Assembly (NCBI RefSeq): GCF_018977255.1
Contig: NW_024704742.1
Span: 65,164,001-65,228,000 of the forward strand
DNA length: 64,000 nucleotides
Direction of reading: 5' to 3'
Origin: Callorhinchus milii
Taxonomy: Eukaryota
Shown here: piece by piece, positions 37,792 through 52,190 of the stretch
How positions within the stretch are numbered: the stretch's first letter is position 1
How the letters are laid out: the number at the start of each line of letters is the position of its first letter
Position numbers and translations under genes: made by a program
Notes under the pieces: model-generated
What the model was told of the DNA's origin: nothing
Seen by the model: the letters and a program-made list of their open reading frames with translations, nothing else
Database searches by the model: none

Positions 37792-40595
37792 CTGGAAAAT
37801 GAGGAAAGTATTCTACATGTGAGATAACTTAGGTACAATTGTAGGATCTGAATTTAATAATCTAGTGCTTTATATAAACTGTAAATTACACATTCAACTT
37901 ATTTAAAGAGAATAATGGGTAACTTCAGAATGAGGTTAAAAAGATCACTGTTTAAAAGCTTATTTTCATAGAGGTGACAAACAGTAGCAAAATTGCAAAT
38001 GGAGTTTTTAACAATGTCATATACATCAATGCCTGAAATATGAAAAAAATGGGAAATATAAATGATTACAAAACAACAACTTGGATTTATATAACGTCTT
38101 TCAAGCTGGATATTAAGAGTAGTTTGCAGTGTATTGATGAAGATGTCAGAGACAGGACAGTTCGGTAATGAAAACAGAATTCTGTTGATGAGTTCAGAAC
38201 TCAGACAGTTGTATTGAAGGAGAAATTGAGTTCAATACAAGTGGTTTTGTGGAGGCTACAGTCAGAGATGATATCGTGGATTATGGATCAAAGATTTGAT
38301 TAATATCCACAATATCTGTTGGACACTGAGGTCAACTAGGATTTTGTAGATTAAAGAAGGGAGTTTTCCCCCAATAATAGTGAACTTTTGATAGGAGAGC
38401 CATTAGTCCAAGGCTATTGCAAAGTGCCTGGTTATCAAAGAACTATTAATAACATTTCATTTATTTTTAGCGCTCCTAGAATTTAGTATTTATGCTCATG
38501 TATTATTTATTTCAAGCTGTGAATTGTTTACAGTCTTTGTTAATAAACACAGTACATTTACATTCATTGGCTAAAGCCTGTGTCAGAGGGGAATACTTCT
38601 GAAATGGTAAATAGGACACAGTTATGAACTAGCAATACATTAAGTTTTGAAAATTGCATTGTTGTATAGGACGCTATTATTTAGGACTCTATTTATATAG
38701 CGTCCTAAACAATCCTAAACTCTATTAATAATAGGATGCTATATAAATCCAAGTTGTTGTTGTAATTCTTTATATTTCCCATTTTTTTCATATTTTAGGC
38801 ATCGATTTTTGTGACAAAAACTGTTGTCACCTGGAAAAGGGCACAGTATTATTTTCTAAGAGACTTGGTACTTTTATGTGAATTGGGTGCACAGCTTAAG
38901 CTAAGAAAAGCTTCTGAAAACATTTTAAATTGTAAGGATAAATAAGAACATAGAATTAGAAAATGCCATTTGGTCCATCCTTCTTTTTCCAGATGTAGAA
39001 TTCAATCATGAACTACCCAGGTATTTATGCTGTGGAGGAGAGTTACTGGACCATTTCTCACTATTATAAATAGAACAATTTATATTATCTTGGTAAACAG
39101 CTTATAACTGCTACAAAATGTTACCAGCATCATAAAACCAAACATGTATAAATCAATTTCCACTGGTTCAATGCCTTTAATTAATTCTATGTCTCACCAA
39201 TAGAAGAAAGTTTGTATAAAGTGAATGGATTTTTGGTGAATATAGTTTGTTTCTAAAAGCAGAGTTGAATGTAACAGCTGTCCTGAAACACATTCAATAA
39301 CAAACTGTTCCTGAAACACATTCAATTCAATAACAATCAAGTTTAATCTGAATTGTACCTTTCATTTTTACACATGCTCTTTGCTTTGTGACTCTGTTGT
39401 AAATTAAGCCAAGAGATGCACTTCTATTTAACTTGCCTTTTAATTATGTGCTGTGCAATGTAAGTTAATAGCATGGCTTTCATCATCATTCGGCAGCGTG
39501 CTGAATGTGACTGATTCTGCTAAACAACACTGATTGGTAGTGGTGATAGTGTTGGAAATGTTACTGCTCAGGGCTTTCTTTCACATTCATCTGCATTATC
39601 TGTCAAGTTAAAGTCAGTTTCACAAATTCAGCAGTATAGTAGGATTATTTATTATAGATTGCAAGTCACCCTTCTGGCAGTAAGAAAGAACCCCCAGACT
39701 CCAAGATCCACAATGAGATGCTGAGAGAGAGCAGAGGACTGGCAGTACCCGCATGCTATGTAAGTAGACTGGAGATAACTGTTTCTGTGAAGAAATAGTT
39801 ATAGGTTATGTAAATAATGGTATCATATACACGGATGGAAATATGTTGAAGCTAATATGTATATTTACATATGAACATATTGTAACTCAAATTTCCATCA
39901 CATGTGGAAACCCATTACCTGCTTAAGAGTCTCCAAATCAAACTTGATCTATGGTTTCTGTTGTTTAATATGCAAAGCACACTCTCTCCTGAGGATTTAT
40001 GCATATGTCGGCAATAACCAAAGCTCTGGGCCCCAAAGCATGCATTGCGGTACCACTGAATTTGTGAAACTGACTTGAACTCAAGTGTAAAAGAGAGCCC
40101 TTTTAAACTATTCGAGCTTAAACAAGGTTGTGGGTTCAAGCCCCATTGCAGTGTTAGAGGAGGACTGAAAACCTTCTTGAATCCAGTCTTAGTTTTGGAA
40201 GCCAATTTTCTATATTAGTCAAAAAGAATAATTCTTTAGCCTTAGAACATGAGAAACTTCAGACCCCAAGTGAGGACAGGGTCGGGTTTAACTTTGTTGG
40301 CTTTTACAGATGTAGTGTCATCTGTGCGAGGAATTGTAACTGAGGCCAATCCTGTTGTCTTCCAAAATTGCATGTAGTTTCCAGCAGTAGCGATCAGAGG
40401 AAGGAACCTTGGCAGATTTTCCATCCATAACTGGCCGGGGGGGGGGGGGGGTCCATTGTAGGCAATTGTGACTACTCTGACTACTCTTCCAACTGAGATC
40501 AGGTGACATGTATAGCATACTGATACCAACCACATGATGCTTTTTTATTCAAGGGGGATGTATGCCATTTTCTGGAATGAGAAACTAGCATTTTA

Positions 40596-41110
40596 GGAAC
40601 ATAGGAATTAGGAGCAGGAGTAGGCCATTCTGCCCCTCAAGCCTGCCCCACCATTCAATAAGATCATGGCTGATCTTCTAACCTAACTCCATCTGCCCAC
40701 CTTATACCCATATCCCTTAATCCCTCTATCCTTTAGAAGTCTATCAATTTCAGTCTTGAATATGTTCAAAGGCTGAGCATTTACAGCCTTCTGGGGAAGA
40801 GAATTCCATAAATTCACTACCCTCTGAGTGAAGAAGTGTTTCCTCAACTCTGTTCGAAAGACCCTTATTCTTAAGACTGTGATCCCTAGTTCTAGATTCT
40901 CCTACCAGAGGGAAACAGTCTCACACTGTCTACTCTGTCCAGCCCCATAAGAATCTTATATGTTTCTATAAGATCACCCCTAATTCTTCTACATTCTGGA
41001 GAATATAAGCCTAGTTTACTCAACCTATGCTCATAGGTCAAAGCCCTCATCCCAGGAACTAACCTAGTGAATCTACGCTGCACCCCCTCTAAGGCGAGTA
41101 TGTCCTTTCT
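40596..41110 (-). mobile_element. CR1-clade LINE 3' fragment
   Basis: QRRFTRLVPGM...RLSKLGLYS...RRIRGDLIETYKIL; tail gaatggcctactcctgctcctaattcctatg. Confidence 0.9.
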
Positions 41111-41405
41111 TCGATTAGGATTTTATTAAATTCTGGATTTAAGAACTCTCCTGCAGTGCACACTATTCTCAGTGCATGCACACATACCCACCATCTCTGC
41201 CTCACTTCAGCTAATGACAATAATAACTAAACCATTAGATTCTTTGCACTAACTTTTAAATAAGTTCCATGGAGCCTCAATGTACTGTGATTTGCAGCAT
41301 GTATATTATAAACAGTGTCTATAGAGATAGTTCTACATTCCATGTGAAACATTTTTCGTGATTAATAGCTGAGGATGCTTCAGCTTTTCACACTCCAATA
41401 CGTAC

Positions 41406-41557
41406 ATGGGTTAAATCCAAGTAACTGTGCTTTGGTGCCGGTGAATTTTCAAATGCCCGAATCTCACAAATCAGATCATATTTCCTCTTAAATTCTGCCT
41501 CAGCTTTATCTAAAGCCTGTTGTTGACGTTCTCGTGACTCCTTATTGATTTCCTGAC
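41406..41557 (-). CDS. CFAP99: CFAP99 exon (GQEINKESRERQQQALDKAEAEFKRKYDLICEIRAFENSPAPKHSYLDLTH)
   Basis: ttgtttccag / gtacgt, 152 nt, phase 1-0. Confidence 0.9.
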
Positions 41558-44500
41558 CTGGAAACAAGAAACAACAGGTAACAGGGGATTGTGTTTTACT
41601 AAAGATCTGAGAACACTTCTTGCTTTCCTTCAATGAGGGTAAATTCAAGTTGACTCCAAGCTAACATTTGCAACCAGCTTCAGAGCAACATTTTAATAAA
41701 AAAATGTCAATGCTCAACTGCAAGTACACAATCACTACACTTTACAGAAACTTTACAGCAACATTATGAAGCGCTTTGAGAGGTTCTCGATAGTTATTGG
41801 TGCTATAACCAAACATCAATGCAACACTCTGACACTAGGTGTCATGTGGCTGCTAACTATTCACATGCTATTCACATGCTACATCTTGAAATGTCACATT
41901 GGAACAAGTGCACCTGTTTTTTTTCATACCGTTTTCAGTATCTTAAGATTCTCAGGGCTTCTGTCGAATTAACTCATTTTGACCAGTTTCTGAGGATATC
42001 AGTGGAACTGATAGTTTAAAATGGCTCACACTTGTCTAGAAAAATCACCACAATTGTTGGATACTTCTTTAAGAGTAAATTGACAATTAACAAAAGGGCC
42101 AACAAAAAGGGCAGGAAGAACCAAAGAACATTAGGAGTGGGACAAAGGGTGCGTGGTTTAGAATGGTGGATTATTTAGTGTTTAGATTGACAAATAAAGA
42201 ATCTTACTGACACAGCTTTGATTTGGATCGAGTTATATTACAACAATTTTAACCTGGTTATTTCAATATTATGACACTCAATTGGCTAAAAATAAAGGCC
42301 TTTGAAATCATTCCAATCAGAGAACAATTCTGGGGATGTGGTCTAGGTTTGCAGTGCAGTGCTAGGGGAGTGCTCCAATGTTGGAGGTGCTATCTTTTGG
42401 ATGAGAGCGTAACCTGACATTCTGACTACCTATTCAGGTGGATGTCAAAGATCTCATTGCCGATATTCAAAAGAGATTGGAGTTTCTCTCACTGTCCTGG
42501 CCTACAATTCTCCCAAATAAAAAATTGGTCATTTGTTTCATGGCTGTTTGTAGGACTTTGTTGTTTCAAACTGACTGCCGCACCTGCTTACAAAATGCAA
42601 ACCCACTACACTTTACAGATAGCTCTTCAAAGCATTTTGAGAATTTTTGAAACAACAACAAATTTATGTAGCACCTTTCATATCAGGTGGACTTCCCAAG
42701 GCATTGGATAGTCATAGGTTTGAGCCTGAGCTGGGGGTTGGAATTAAGGAGGTTGGTGGGAGGATGACTGTACACATGTCAAAGAGGAAGGTCTTGAGAC
42801 TAATATAGAGTCTATTATTATTCCCAGCTCCAGACTCAAAGGTCACAATGGGTGATCTTAAATATTAAAAACAAAATGGCCCTGGGAACACGAGCAGATT
42901 AAGCGTTAAATGTGTGATTTTTTTTCAATTGCCTCAGTTCTAGCCACAGAGCAACAGCAAGCATCAGTTTGGGGGAACGGGGACCTGCAGAACAGACAAT
43001 GAGGGAAGGGGATGACATAGTAAGGTTTCCCAGACCAAATCACATGCTCCTCCCAGAACTTGGACAAATAGTGGGGAAAATAAGGGATAACACAAAATGA
43101 GGCATTTGCTGACAATTCCTGCTGAAATGTCAATTTATACCAATCACCCCAAATTCCTTGATCTCTTCCATTGTTAATGTGCATCCAGACAAATAATACA
43201 GCAGCTGAAGTGTCCAAACATTGACCTAAACACAGAAACTAACGGAGATTAGTAAAATAAGTTCCTAATTTACTCATTTATCCTCCAGGGCCATGGAGGA
43301 GTATTGTCAGCTCCTTCGTGAATGACATCTTTGAGCGCGTCAGGTTCAAGGCTTCCCAAGTGGCACAGTCCAACAAGTGCTTGACCATCACTTCTAGGGA
43401 GATGATGATAATATAATAATATATTATATTATAAGATAACACTCCAATGCAGTGCTGGGATTGTGTTATATTGTCGGAGGTGCTGTCCTTTGGATGAGAC
43501 ATTAAAACAAGGTCTTGCCTGCCAGTTCAGGTAGATGTTAAAGATCCTATGGCACTATTTGAAAAGAGAAAGGAGTTACTCCCGGTGTCATGGGCAACAA
43601 TCTCCCCAAATAAAAATCGATCACTCACTTCATGGCTATTTGTGGGACATTGCTGCACGCAACTGAGATTTTGAGATGTTTCAATGATGTGACAAGGCAC
43701 TATAAACATGGATTATTATTATTGGCCAGTCAACGTGGATAGTTCAGAATATGTGCAAAGAGAACATATTATAATAATAATCTTTGCATTAACCTTTTTG
43801 TTATATGAATCTTGAACTGCTGGAAGTTATAGCTTCAGTTTCTACCCAGGACACACACACCTGTGTCCAGAAAACTGTAGGCAAGGTGAAGGGAATATGC
43901 TACATGTCATCAGTGAGCAATAGGAGCTTTCAAGTGTATTCTCTATATCTGCTTCTCAGTTTACCAAAATAGATGTCTAGTTTAACCCCAGCAGAGCTGC
44001 TGTGTGAGGAGCCAAACAAACAAATTGAACAATGACTATTCACTGTTTTCAGCCTCTGCTGGTATTATTTTAACAACAATAATAATAATAATCCTTGCAT
44101 TTGATGTAGCGCCTTATAACGTCTTTGAGACATCTCAAAACTGTAAAGGGGTTTGACTATATATTTTGTGGGTGAAACACAGCAATCCCCAGGAATTGAA
44201 CCCGGGTTCTCTCACTTGCGAGGTGAGTGCTCTAACCGATACATTACAGTACTCCACAACCATGGAAATGGAATTCAAATGGCTTCAACTTTATAGAGTG
44301 TATAAATCACATAAATTACAACATCGAAGGTGGTCACTTGTCCCACTGAAACAATTCATGTGCTCTATATGCACCATGTAATCTCCATGGAAATTGGTTT
44401 TGGTGTCGCATTCATTTTGCTATAGTTATAACATTCCTTGCATTTGATATAGTGCCTCAACATGTCTTTGAGACGTCTCAAAGCGCTTCACGGAATATAC

Positions 44501-45183
44501 TGTAAAGTGAATTGACTGTATGTTTTGTGGGCGAAACGCGGCAGTCAATTGCACACAGCAGTGTTCGACAAACAGTCATGGATTAAATGACCAAATTATT
44601 ATTATTATTATTATATTTTATAAATGGTGTGTGAGTATAGTTTTCCTTCTTTTAAAGTCTGTTTTAGTTAGTCATTCACTACTCGTAAATAACCTGAATT
44701 CAAGTCACCTCATCACTTTCAGAAACAAACACACCATCTGTAGAGTTGTGCGCTGTTGAAATGTCAGAAACAATCATGCCTCTCACAGTTTTTCCTTCTT
44801 CCTACAATCTAACAGTTCTGAAAGTTAACCTAACCACTCAAATTAACTTGTTTCTCTACTAATCTCAAAATCTCAAAATCTTGCTGGCGTAGGCAATAAG
44901 GGCCTTTCCCCTAGCTTCTAAATGTAAAAGAGCCTCTTTCGGCATCTCCCACTGGATGTTTGTACATGAGAGAAGTGCAACAGGTGACGCTACCTCTCCA
45001 AAGGCAAGTGCTGTCAACTGTTTACTAGGACAAAACCCCAATGATATATCTCTCCCTCTTGCTTGTTGGTTCTGAAGCATGGACCCATGCCAGAAAATAA
45101 GAACGCAGAAAGGAGCAGGATATGAAAGAAGGAAACTTTTGCTATTTGACTTAATTCCACCCATTGAAGTGTATTTTACTTAC

Positions 45184-45322
45184 CAAGCTTCTTCTTGTAT
45201 TCCTTAAGCTTGAGTTGGGCTTGCTTTGTCTTGTCTCCTTTCATCACTCGATCCACCAGCATTTTTAGCTCCCTCTCCTTTTGAACCTGTTTCTCTGCTT
45301 TTTTCTGCAGGAGTTCTGCCAT
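45184..45322 (-). CDS. CFAP99: CFAP99 exon (MAELLQKKAEKQVQKERELKMLVDRVMKGDKTKQAQLKLKEYKKKL)
   Basis: aatgtgttag / gtaagt, 139 nt, phase 0-1. Confidence 0.9.
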
Positions 45323-47128
45323 CTAACACATTAACAGAGAGAGAAAACAAGTACAATCGACATTAAAAAGTATAGAGTGTCTCTTGTCTACTCCTGGACA
45401 GGTATCTGAAAAAAAATTATTGAGGCGTAGAAAGGACAGCATAACTAAGGCCACTGTGTTGTGCAAGAATACTTTGTTGCACACTGTGGGGGAGGGATGT
45501 CTGTATCATTTTGCTTAATATGTTTTGTAAATTTAGCGAAGCAACCACCATCTCACATTTCTCCCACTTCTTCACCATTTTTTCTGGTCTGTCAACTGTG
45601 TATTTGATATGTGTGGAACCCATCACCATGCTTAAGAGAATCCAAACCAGAGAGCATGAAAAGTTCCTTGTGTCTGTGACCTTGTGAAGTGAATGTGCAG
45701 CTTCTCCTGAAGGGAATGCACACCGCTTAACTAATTTTGGAGAGTATTAAGTGCAGGTTAGCAAGAGCCAGGACCCCAGAGTGTTTTAGTGTCCGTTGGG
45801 GTACTGCTGGAGTTTAATCAGCTAAAACGTCTTAGTTTGGCACTGTATATCAAACTTTCCACGACTTGTCCAGCTGGGATCACCCTGGAAGTTGGCCTGC
45901 CCATGCCAGATTGGTTGGTCACCCACAACAGCGGGCAAACTGGACTCTCACATTTGATTTTCTCTGCCCCTTGGAGTTAGGTGCCAGCAGCCTCCACACA
46001 CGGCACATGCATTCACGCTGTGGTTCAGATCTGAAACCGAGTGGGGTGATGGAACCTCCAACATCCTCCCAGTTTATGGCACTGAATGTTCATATTCCAA
46101 CACTCAGTGCCATTGCTTAATTAGAAATGATCAAAAGTTTAATGCAGCACAGAAATTTTAATTCTCTGTAATTTCTATAGTGTGGCATAGTGTGCCTCCA
46201 CCTTGGAGGCACTGACAGTCTGGCCATGTTTTTCCTGCAAAAACCCCTTTTACACTTACAGACTTTGTTTTTGCACTTCTGAAGGGAAGAGGGGAATGAG
46301 AGCTTGAGGCACCTGCATGGCAATGCCTGATGTAATTGTGGAAATTATGCCAGAGGCGTTACTTGTGTACAAATACTTTAGACTTTGTTCATGATCATTG
46401 TTACTGGTATATCGGCAGTGGAGGCTGAGATATGGAGGTCTGAATGACCTGGTATCTTTTTTGGTTCTGCTATACCAATTTCAGCAGTGTTGATCATAAT
46501 ATTAACTATCCTTAACATTCGATAGAGCATCTTTCATGTGAGCAGAATGTCTCAAAGCGTTTCACAGGATATATTGTAGGGCAGTCTGGATGTGTACTTT
46601 GTGAACAATGAATAACTTTGGACATTACATTAAAGGTTCACCTGCAGCAATGGGCTAGCCTCTGCACACAAACCTGTATCATAAAAGCAGTATTTAGAGG
46701 TCTCATGTCCACGGACTGTGATGGTTGAGATGTTCAAGGGAATTCAACCATCTGCTGTAGTGAGGATACATTCAACATCACATGTATCTGTTCTCTGCTG
46801 TTGTTATTACCTTGTGGACTTACACTGTTTTGAAGCCTTTGCTTTGCTTGTGAATGGGGCACATTGAGAGCATGGCAAGCTGTGTATTTGTACTACTAAC
46901 AGAAGGTGCAGTCATGTTGCTGTTCAGGGTGATAACAACACATCACTCATTTACTGGAAGCAAGAATCTCACTCTATGTGTCTTATCAAGCCAGGAACCA
47001 GCTAAAGAGAATCAATCAGCAAATCCTTTGGCGAAAAGACAGACGCCAATGGTTACACTATCTCCTTAAAGTTAGCACTGAATTCACCCATTCAAGAGGC
47101 TTACTAATTTAGATGCAAGGCTTTCATG

Positions 47129-47452
47129 TGGAGTCCTGTAGCTCAGTGGTTAGAGCACTCGCAAGCGAGAGAGACCTGAGTTCAATTCCAGGCAGCGCGA
47201 AACCTTGGGGCAAGTTTCCTTACTCCACACACCTAATAATAATCCCTCCAAAACCCAAAACAATAATAAATTGGTCATTTTCAATCCATGACTGTTTGTG
47301 GGACATTGCTGTGCACAATTGGCTCCCGCGTTCGCCCACAAACATACAGTCAATTCACTTTACAATGTGTCCTGTGAACGCTTTGGGACGTCCTCCCGAC
47401 GTGAAAAGCGCTATATCAAATGCAAGGATTATTATTATTATATTATTATTAT
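47129..47452 (+). mobile_element. Young tRNA-derived SINE, short subfamily
   Basis: Nearly identical to 17650-17976. Confidence 0.9.
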
Positions 47453-48184
47453 TTCATACATAATACAAAACAATAATAATTGCAAACAGAAAGCAGCGTT
47501 TGAAAAAATAATATTGTGCAATTGATAATGGAACATCTCATACTTTTCAGATCTTAGGATTCATGTTAAGAAGCATTGACTAGCGCTGGTCACGCAAAAC
47601 CCGAACTAGGTAACTGCAGTCACTGATAGTCCTACTTTTTTGTAGCGGGCTGTAGTGCCCGCCACAATCATGCAACAGTTTAACAGCCAGGATCAGGCAA
47701 AAACAATCTCCGAAATATACCCTTATCTTTGGATCATACAATCAGATAGGGACATTATCAGCAATGGTAATGCACATTAATGGTGCAGGTATGGCTGCAA
47801 TAAGGGATTGCTTAGATTAATCTGGCAGAAGACAATGATAAAATTGTAGATGACATAATCCTTTTAACACAATCCCTGCATTTATCATACAGCTAGATAT
47901 ATTGATGCATATATAGGGGTCTAAACTATGTTGATTCATATCAGGAGTGGTTATTTATGTCTCTGAATGGGCAAGTACTTAAAAACTTCTGGTAACTGGA
48001 ATTAACCATGGGAACTCTGCTCTCATGCAATCTACTTTCAAAATGGAGTTCCCACAGTTCAATATGACACACCTCCAGTTACTGGAAGGCATTGCTATTT
48101 GCGACTTGGAGTAATTAATAACAAATTGGGAATTACTTCAGTTTAGAAGCCAATGTGATGCACTCAGAGGTGGCAGTACTGTAC

Positions 48185-48389
48185 CTCCTCTTTCTGCAGG
48201 GCAGCTTTCTTCTGCTTCTCCTGCATCATGGAGTGCCGCGACAGGATTGCTTCCTCGAAGTTAAGCTTCCCTTCAAGACGGCGTCGTTCCAGCTGCACCA
48301 TTTTTTCTTCGCTCTCCTGCTCTTTCTTCTGCCTTTGCCATTCCAGGAACTCCGAGGGATCACGAGCCCCTTCTATCAGATCATTAATT
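48185..48389 (-). CDS. CFAP99: CFAP99 exon (INDLIEGARDPSEFLEWQRQKK...QKKAALQKEE)
   Basis: ttttcccag / gtacag, 205 nt, phase 2-0; coiled-coil character with D.SEF.EWQ motif. Confidence 0.92.
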
Positions 48390-48794
48390 CTGGGAAAAGC
48401 CACATGAAATTAAGCTTTGCACAGTAACTGGGTCGAGCGCCTTGCGATGTCCTCTCGACATGAAAAACGCTATACAATGTAATTTGTTGTTGTTGACCAG
48501 TACCTGAAAGTTTTCCACTATTCTTAAAAAGAAAATTGGCTTCCAAATTAAGTGGTTTTAAGCTAAGACAATGAGAAAATTCCTGCCTCAGATCGTTTGA
48601 GCATTTTAGTTTTATCTGAATGCTTCAGGACAAAATAGTTAATTGTCACAGAAAATTGCATGTTCTCTTGAATAAGGCACAAATTCTGCATCTAATGGAA
48701 CATTGAGGTCACAATTTTTTTTGCATCATTACCAGACAACAATTTAAGCCTTTCCAATCTGAGATTATCTGGCCTATTGACATTACACAATATA

Positions 48795-49480
48795 ATTTTA
48801 TATAGTGCCTTTCACGTCAGCAGGATGTCTCAAAGCGCTTCATACACCTGACTCGGCACCCGAGCTGGCGAGAGGTCGAGCTGAGGAGTGTGGAGGGTAG
48901 GAAGATTAAAAGCATGATTAACAGGGAGGAAGGAGGTGAGTTAGAGGGAGTCTTGGATGGAGTTCCAAAGTGGTGGATTGGGTGGGGAAGTGAAGCAGGC
49001 TGGTGTTCGCTGAGCAGAGGTCAGATGGCTGGGTCAGTATGTTTGGAGAAGGTTGTATAAATCGGATGGGGTCAAGGCCTTGAAGGGAACTGACTGTGAG
49101 GATGAGGATCTTGAATTCAATCCACTGGGTGATAGGGAACCAAGGAGTAAGGATTGGGGTGATGGGCTTGCAGAGCCTGGTGCAAGAGTGGACATGGATG
49201 GAGTTCTGGATGATCTGCAGTTTGCGTAGAGAGGAGCTGAGATGTCTGGAGAGCAGGGGATTTGGAATAATGATGCAATGAAGGCTTGAGTCTCAGCTGC
49301 CTGGAGGGAGAGGTAGTGGTAAAGCTGAACAATGGTGTGGAAGTGAAAGAAAGCCAAATGAGTTTGGGGCTGAAAGACAGTTGGGGTCAAACAAGATACT
49401 GAGGTTCCACATGGGTTCCATGAGGTGGAGTGAGTGCACAGGTCTGAGTTGGGAATGTTCTGGCGGGAGCCAAGCATGAT
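48795..49480 (-). mobile_element. L2 LINE 3' fragment, older
   Basis: Reverse complement resembles 800-1540 (gatcatccagaactc, ttcaagatcctc) with an L2 tail at about 48800. Confidence 0.8.
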
Positions 49481-50353
49481 TATGATTTCTTACCTTACTA
49501 AAAAGTTTCCTTATCTTTACATTTCTAGAAATGCAAGAGACTGATTTGCTCTGTAACCTGAACGTTAAGTGATTTACTTTTCAGACGAATGACATGCTGG
49601 TATGCAGGTTTACCCTTATTTTATTTGTTGTAGAAACCAATAAAAACAATGGTTTGTAGAGTGAGCCCATCAAGGTAAATAACATTTTCTCTCACCTGGT
49701 TGAAAGTTGTAAATAGTAATCCTTGCCTTTGATAATAGCACCTTATCACATCATTGAGACGTATCAAAGCGCTTCGCAGAATATATTGTAAAGTGGATTG
49801 AGTGTATATTTTGTGGGCCATATTAGAGACAATATTAATGGATTTTCACCTCCCCTTCTGTTGAACTTTTTTCTCCCCACTCCTCAGATCTGTCACTCTT
49901 ACATTTTCTGATTTTTGCCTTATCAGATCTTAACCCTCAGAATCCTCTGTAGCTTTTTTTAATACCTCACTTTATTTTCAGTCTTCATCTCGTTTTTGAA
50001 CAAGTTTGAATCTCCCCTCATTTTCACCCTCGTAATCTTTTTTCCCTCTTTTGGTAACTTTTCAGTTTTATTTCAATGTTGCCTCTCTTTGTAAAGCGTC
50101 TTTGTATTTGCTTTGTTATTTTCACTTCCAATTTCTAATACTTTCTTATCTTATAGCTGCTAGGCCCCTTGGCAGGACACAGCAACAACTTGCATTTATA
50201 TAGCACCCTTCATTGGGCAGCATCTCAGAGCTCTTAACAGTGGCAGAGCTTGACACCAAAATGTATTGTATAATCACAATAGCCAAAACGCTATTGTCAA
50301 AAAGCCATGTTCTCCACATGCCATCAAATGAGCCAAGATACAGTTAGCATTTA

Positions 50354-50521
<168 letters not shown>

Positions 50522-51531
50522 TCAACTCCTTTGGTGTTTTACACAATGCAATCTACAAAGCTTAATAACACAGTACATGCATATTTCAGCAACTGCAAGG
50601 TTGTCATTGGTAATAAAAACATCTTCATTCAAATAGCTGTCATTTCAGCACCATACAGCAGTGAAGCACAAGAAGTCACCAGTTAGATTCTACTTCCAGC
50701 CACATTAGTAGTTGGGCTGCTATAATTGTCCTCATTGCCTTTGGGCTACGCAGAGGAAAAGTGAGTCATGTTTTTTGTGCCTGATCATTATCCGGTTACC
50801 TCTGCTTCAAGTGAATATGTGTGTGGATGTCAAATGAAAATAGTTTTGGGCTCTGTTGTGATACCTTCCCACAGTTGAATAGTCTATAGACCCTCAATGT
50901 CATATGAAGAATGACTGCTAGGCGAGGTATCAGAGCTTAGCTGGTGTCAATGGAATTATGTGTAGCAAAAGTCACAGCATTTAAGAGAGGAGACAAAATA
51001 ATCGTCATTTGCTGAAACCATAGACTGGATTAGCTGTAAATCCTAGCATCAAAGTAAAAAATAAAATAATGGATACTTGGAAGTGATTACAACGAAACAC
51101 ACTAAAGAGGGGATCAGGTGATATTAAATACTGAAAGAGCAGAGATTACAGTACAGCCCAGAAATCACTCCATCACACTATTTATAAGCATCCATTTTGT
51201 TTAATGTAAGGTTTCATTCTCGGCTTAGTCTAATTTGTATGTTGGCAGCAGTTCACAGTGTGCTGTGTATCCCTGATACACAATGACATTCACACTGAAA
51301 AGTAATGACCGTCACATCAATTACTGCAGCTTAAAGTGAGGAACAATGTGCTGTGGTTTCCAGGAGATAGGTATTTATTAAAATATCCAGGGATTGCTGT
51401 TGCCCCAACATGCAGGATAGTAAAATGGTATATCATCGCTGTTCTCATTGACTAATTTATTCAAGTAAGGCAATGCAACTAAAAGGTGAATGACAGAAAA
51501 TGGCATTTCTAGATCACAGGAGTGCCTGCTT

Positions 51532-52190
51532 ATAATAATAATAATAATAATAATCCTTGCATTTGATATAGCGCTTTTCACGTCGGGAGGACGTCCCAAA
51601 GCGCTTCATGGAACAAACTGTAAAGTGAATTGACTGTATATTTGTGGGCGAACGCGGCTGCCAATTGCGCACAGCAATGTCCCACAAACAGTCGTAGATT
51701 GAAAATGACTAATTTATTATTGTTTTTGGTTTTGGAGGGATTATTATTAGGCATGTGGCGTAAGGATTATTATTAGGCGTGTGGAGTCCTGTGGCTCAGT
51801 GGTTAGAGCACTCGCTTTGCAAGTGAGAGACCTGAGTTCAACTCCAGGCAGGACGAAACCTTGGGCAAGTTTCCTTACTCCACATGCCTAATAATAATCC
51901 CTCCAAAACCCAAAACAATAATAAATTGGTCATTTTCAATCTACGACTGTTTGTGGGACATTGCTGTGCGCAATTGACTGCCGCGTTTGCCCACAAATAT
52001 ACAGTCAATTCACTTTACAGTGTACTCTGTGAAGCGCTTTGGGACGTCCTCCCGACGTGAAAAGCGCTATATCAAATGCAAGGATTATTATTATTATTAT
52101 TATTAAGGACACTTGCCCAAGGTTTCGACCTGTCTGGAATTGAACTCAGGTCTCTCGCTTGCAAAGCGAGTGCTCTAACCACTGAGCTAT
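51532..52190 (-). mobile_element. Short-subfamily SINE split by an opposite-orientation sister copy
   Basis: Tail half 51532-~51765 and head half ~52105-52190 on the minus strand. Confidence 0.88.
51783..52104 (+). mobile_element. Full-length short-subfamily SINE nested in the element above
   Basis: Complete from ggagtcctgtggctcagtgg to (ATT)n. Confidence 0.9.

Noticed and set aside
39277..39336. Short tandem duplication of cctgaaacacattcaat
   Set aside because: Ordinary slippage duplication with no sign of function.
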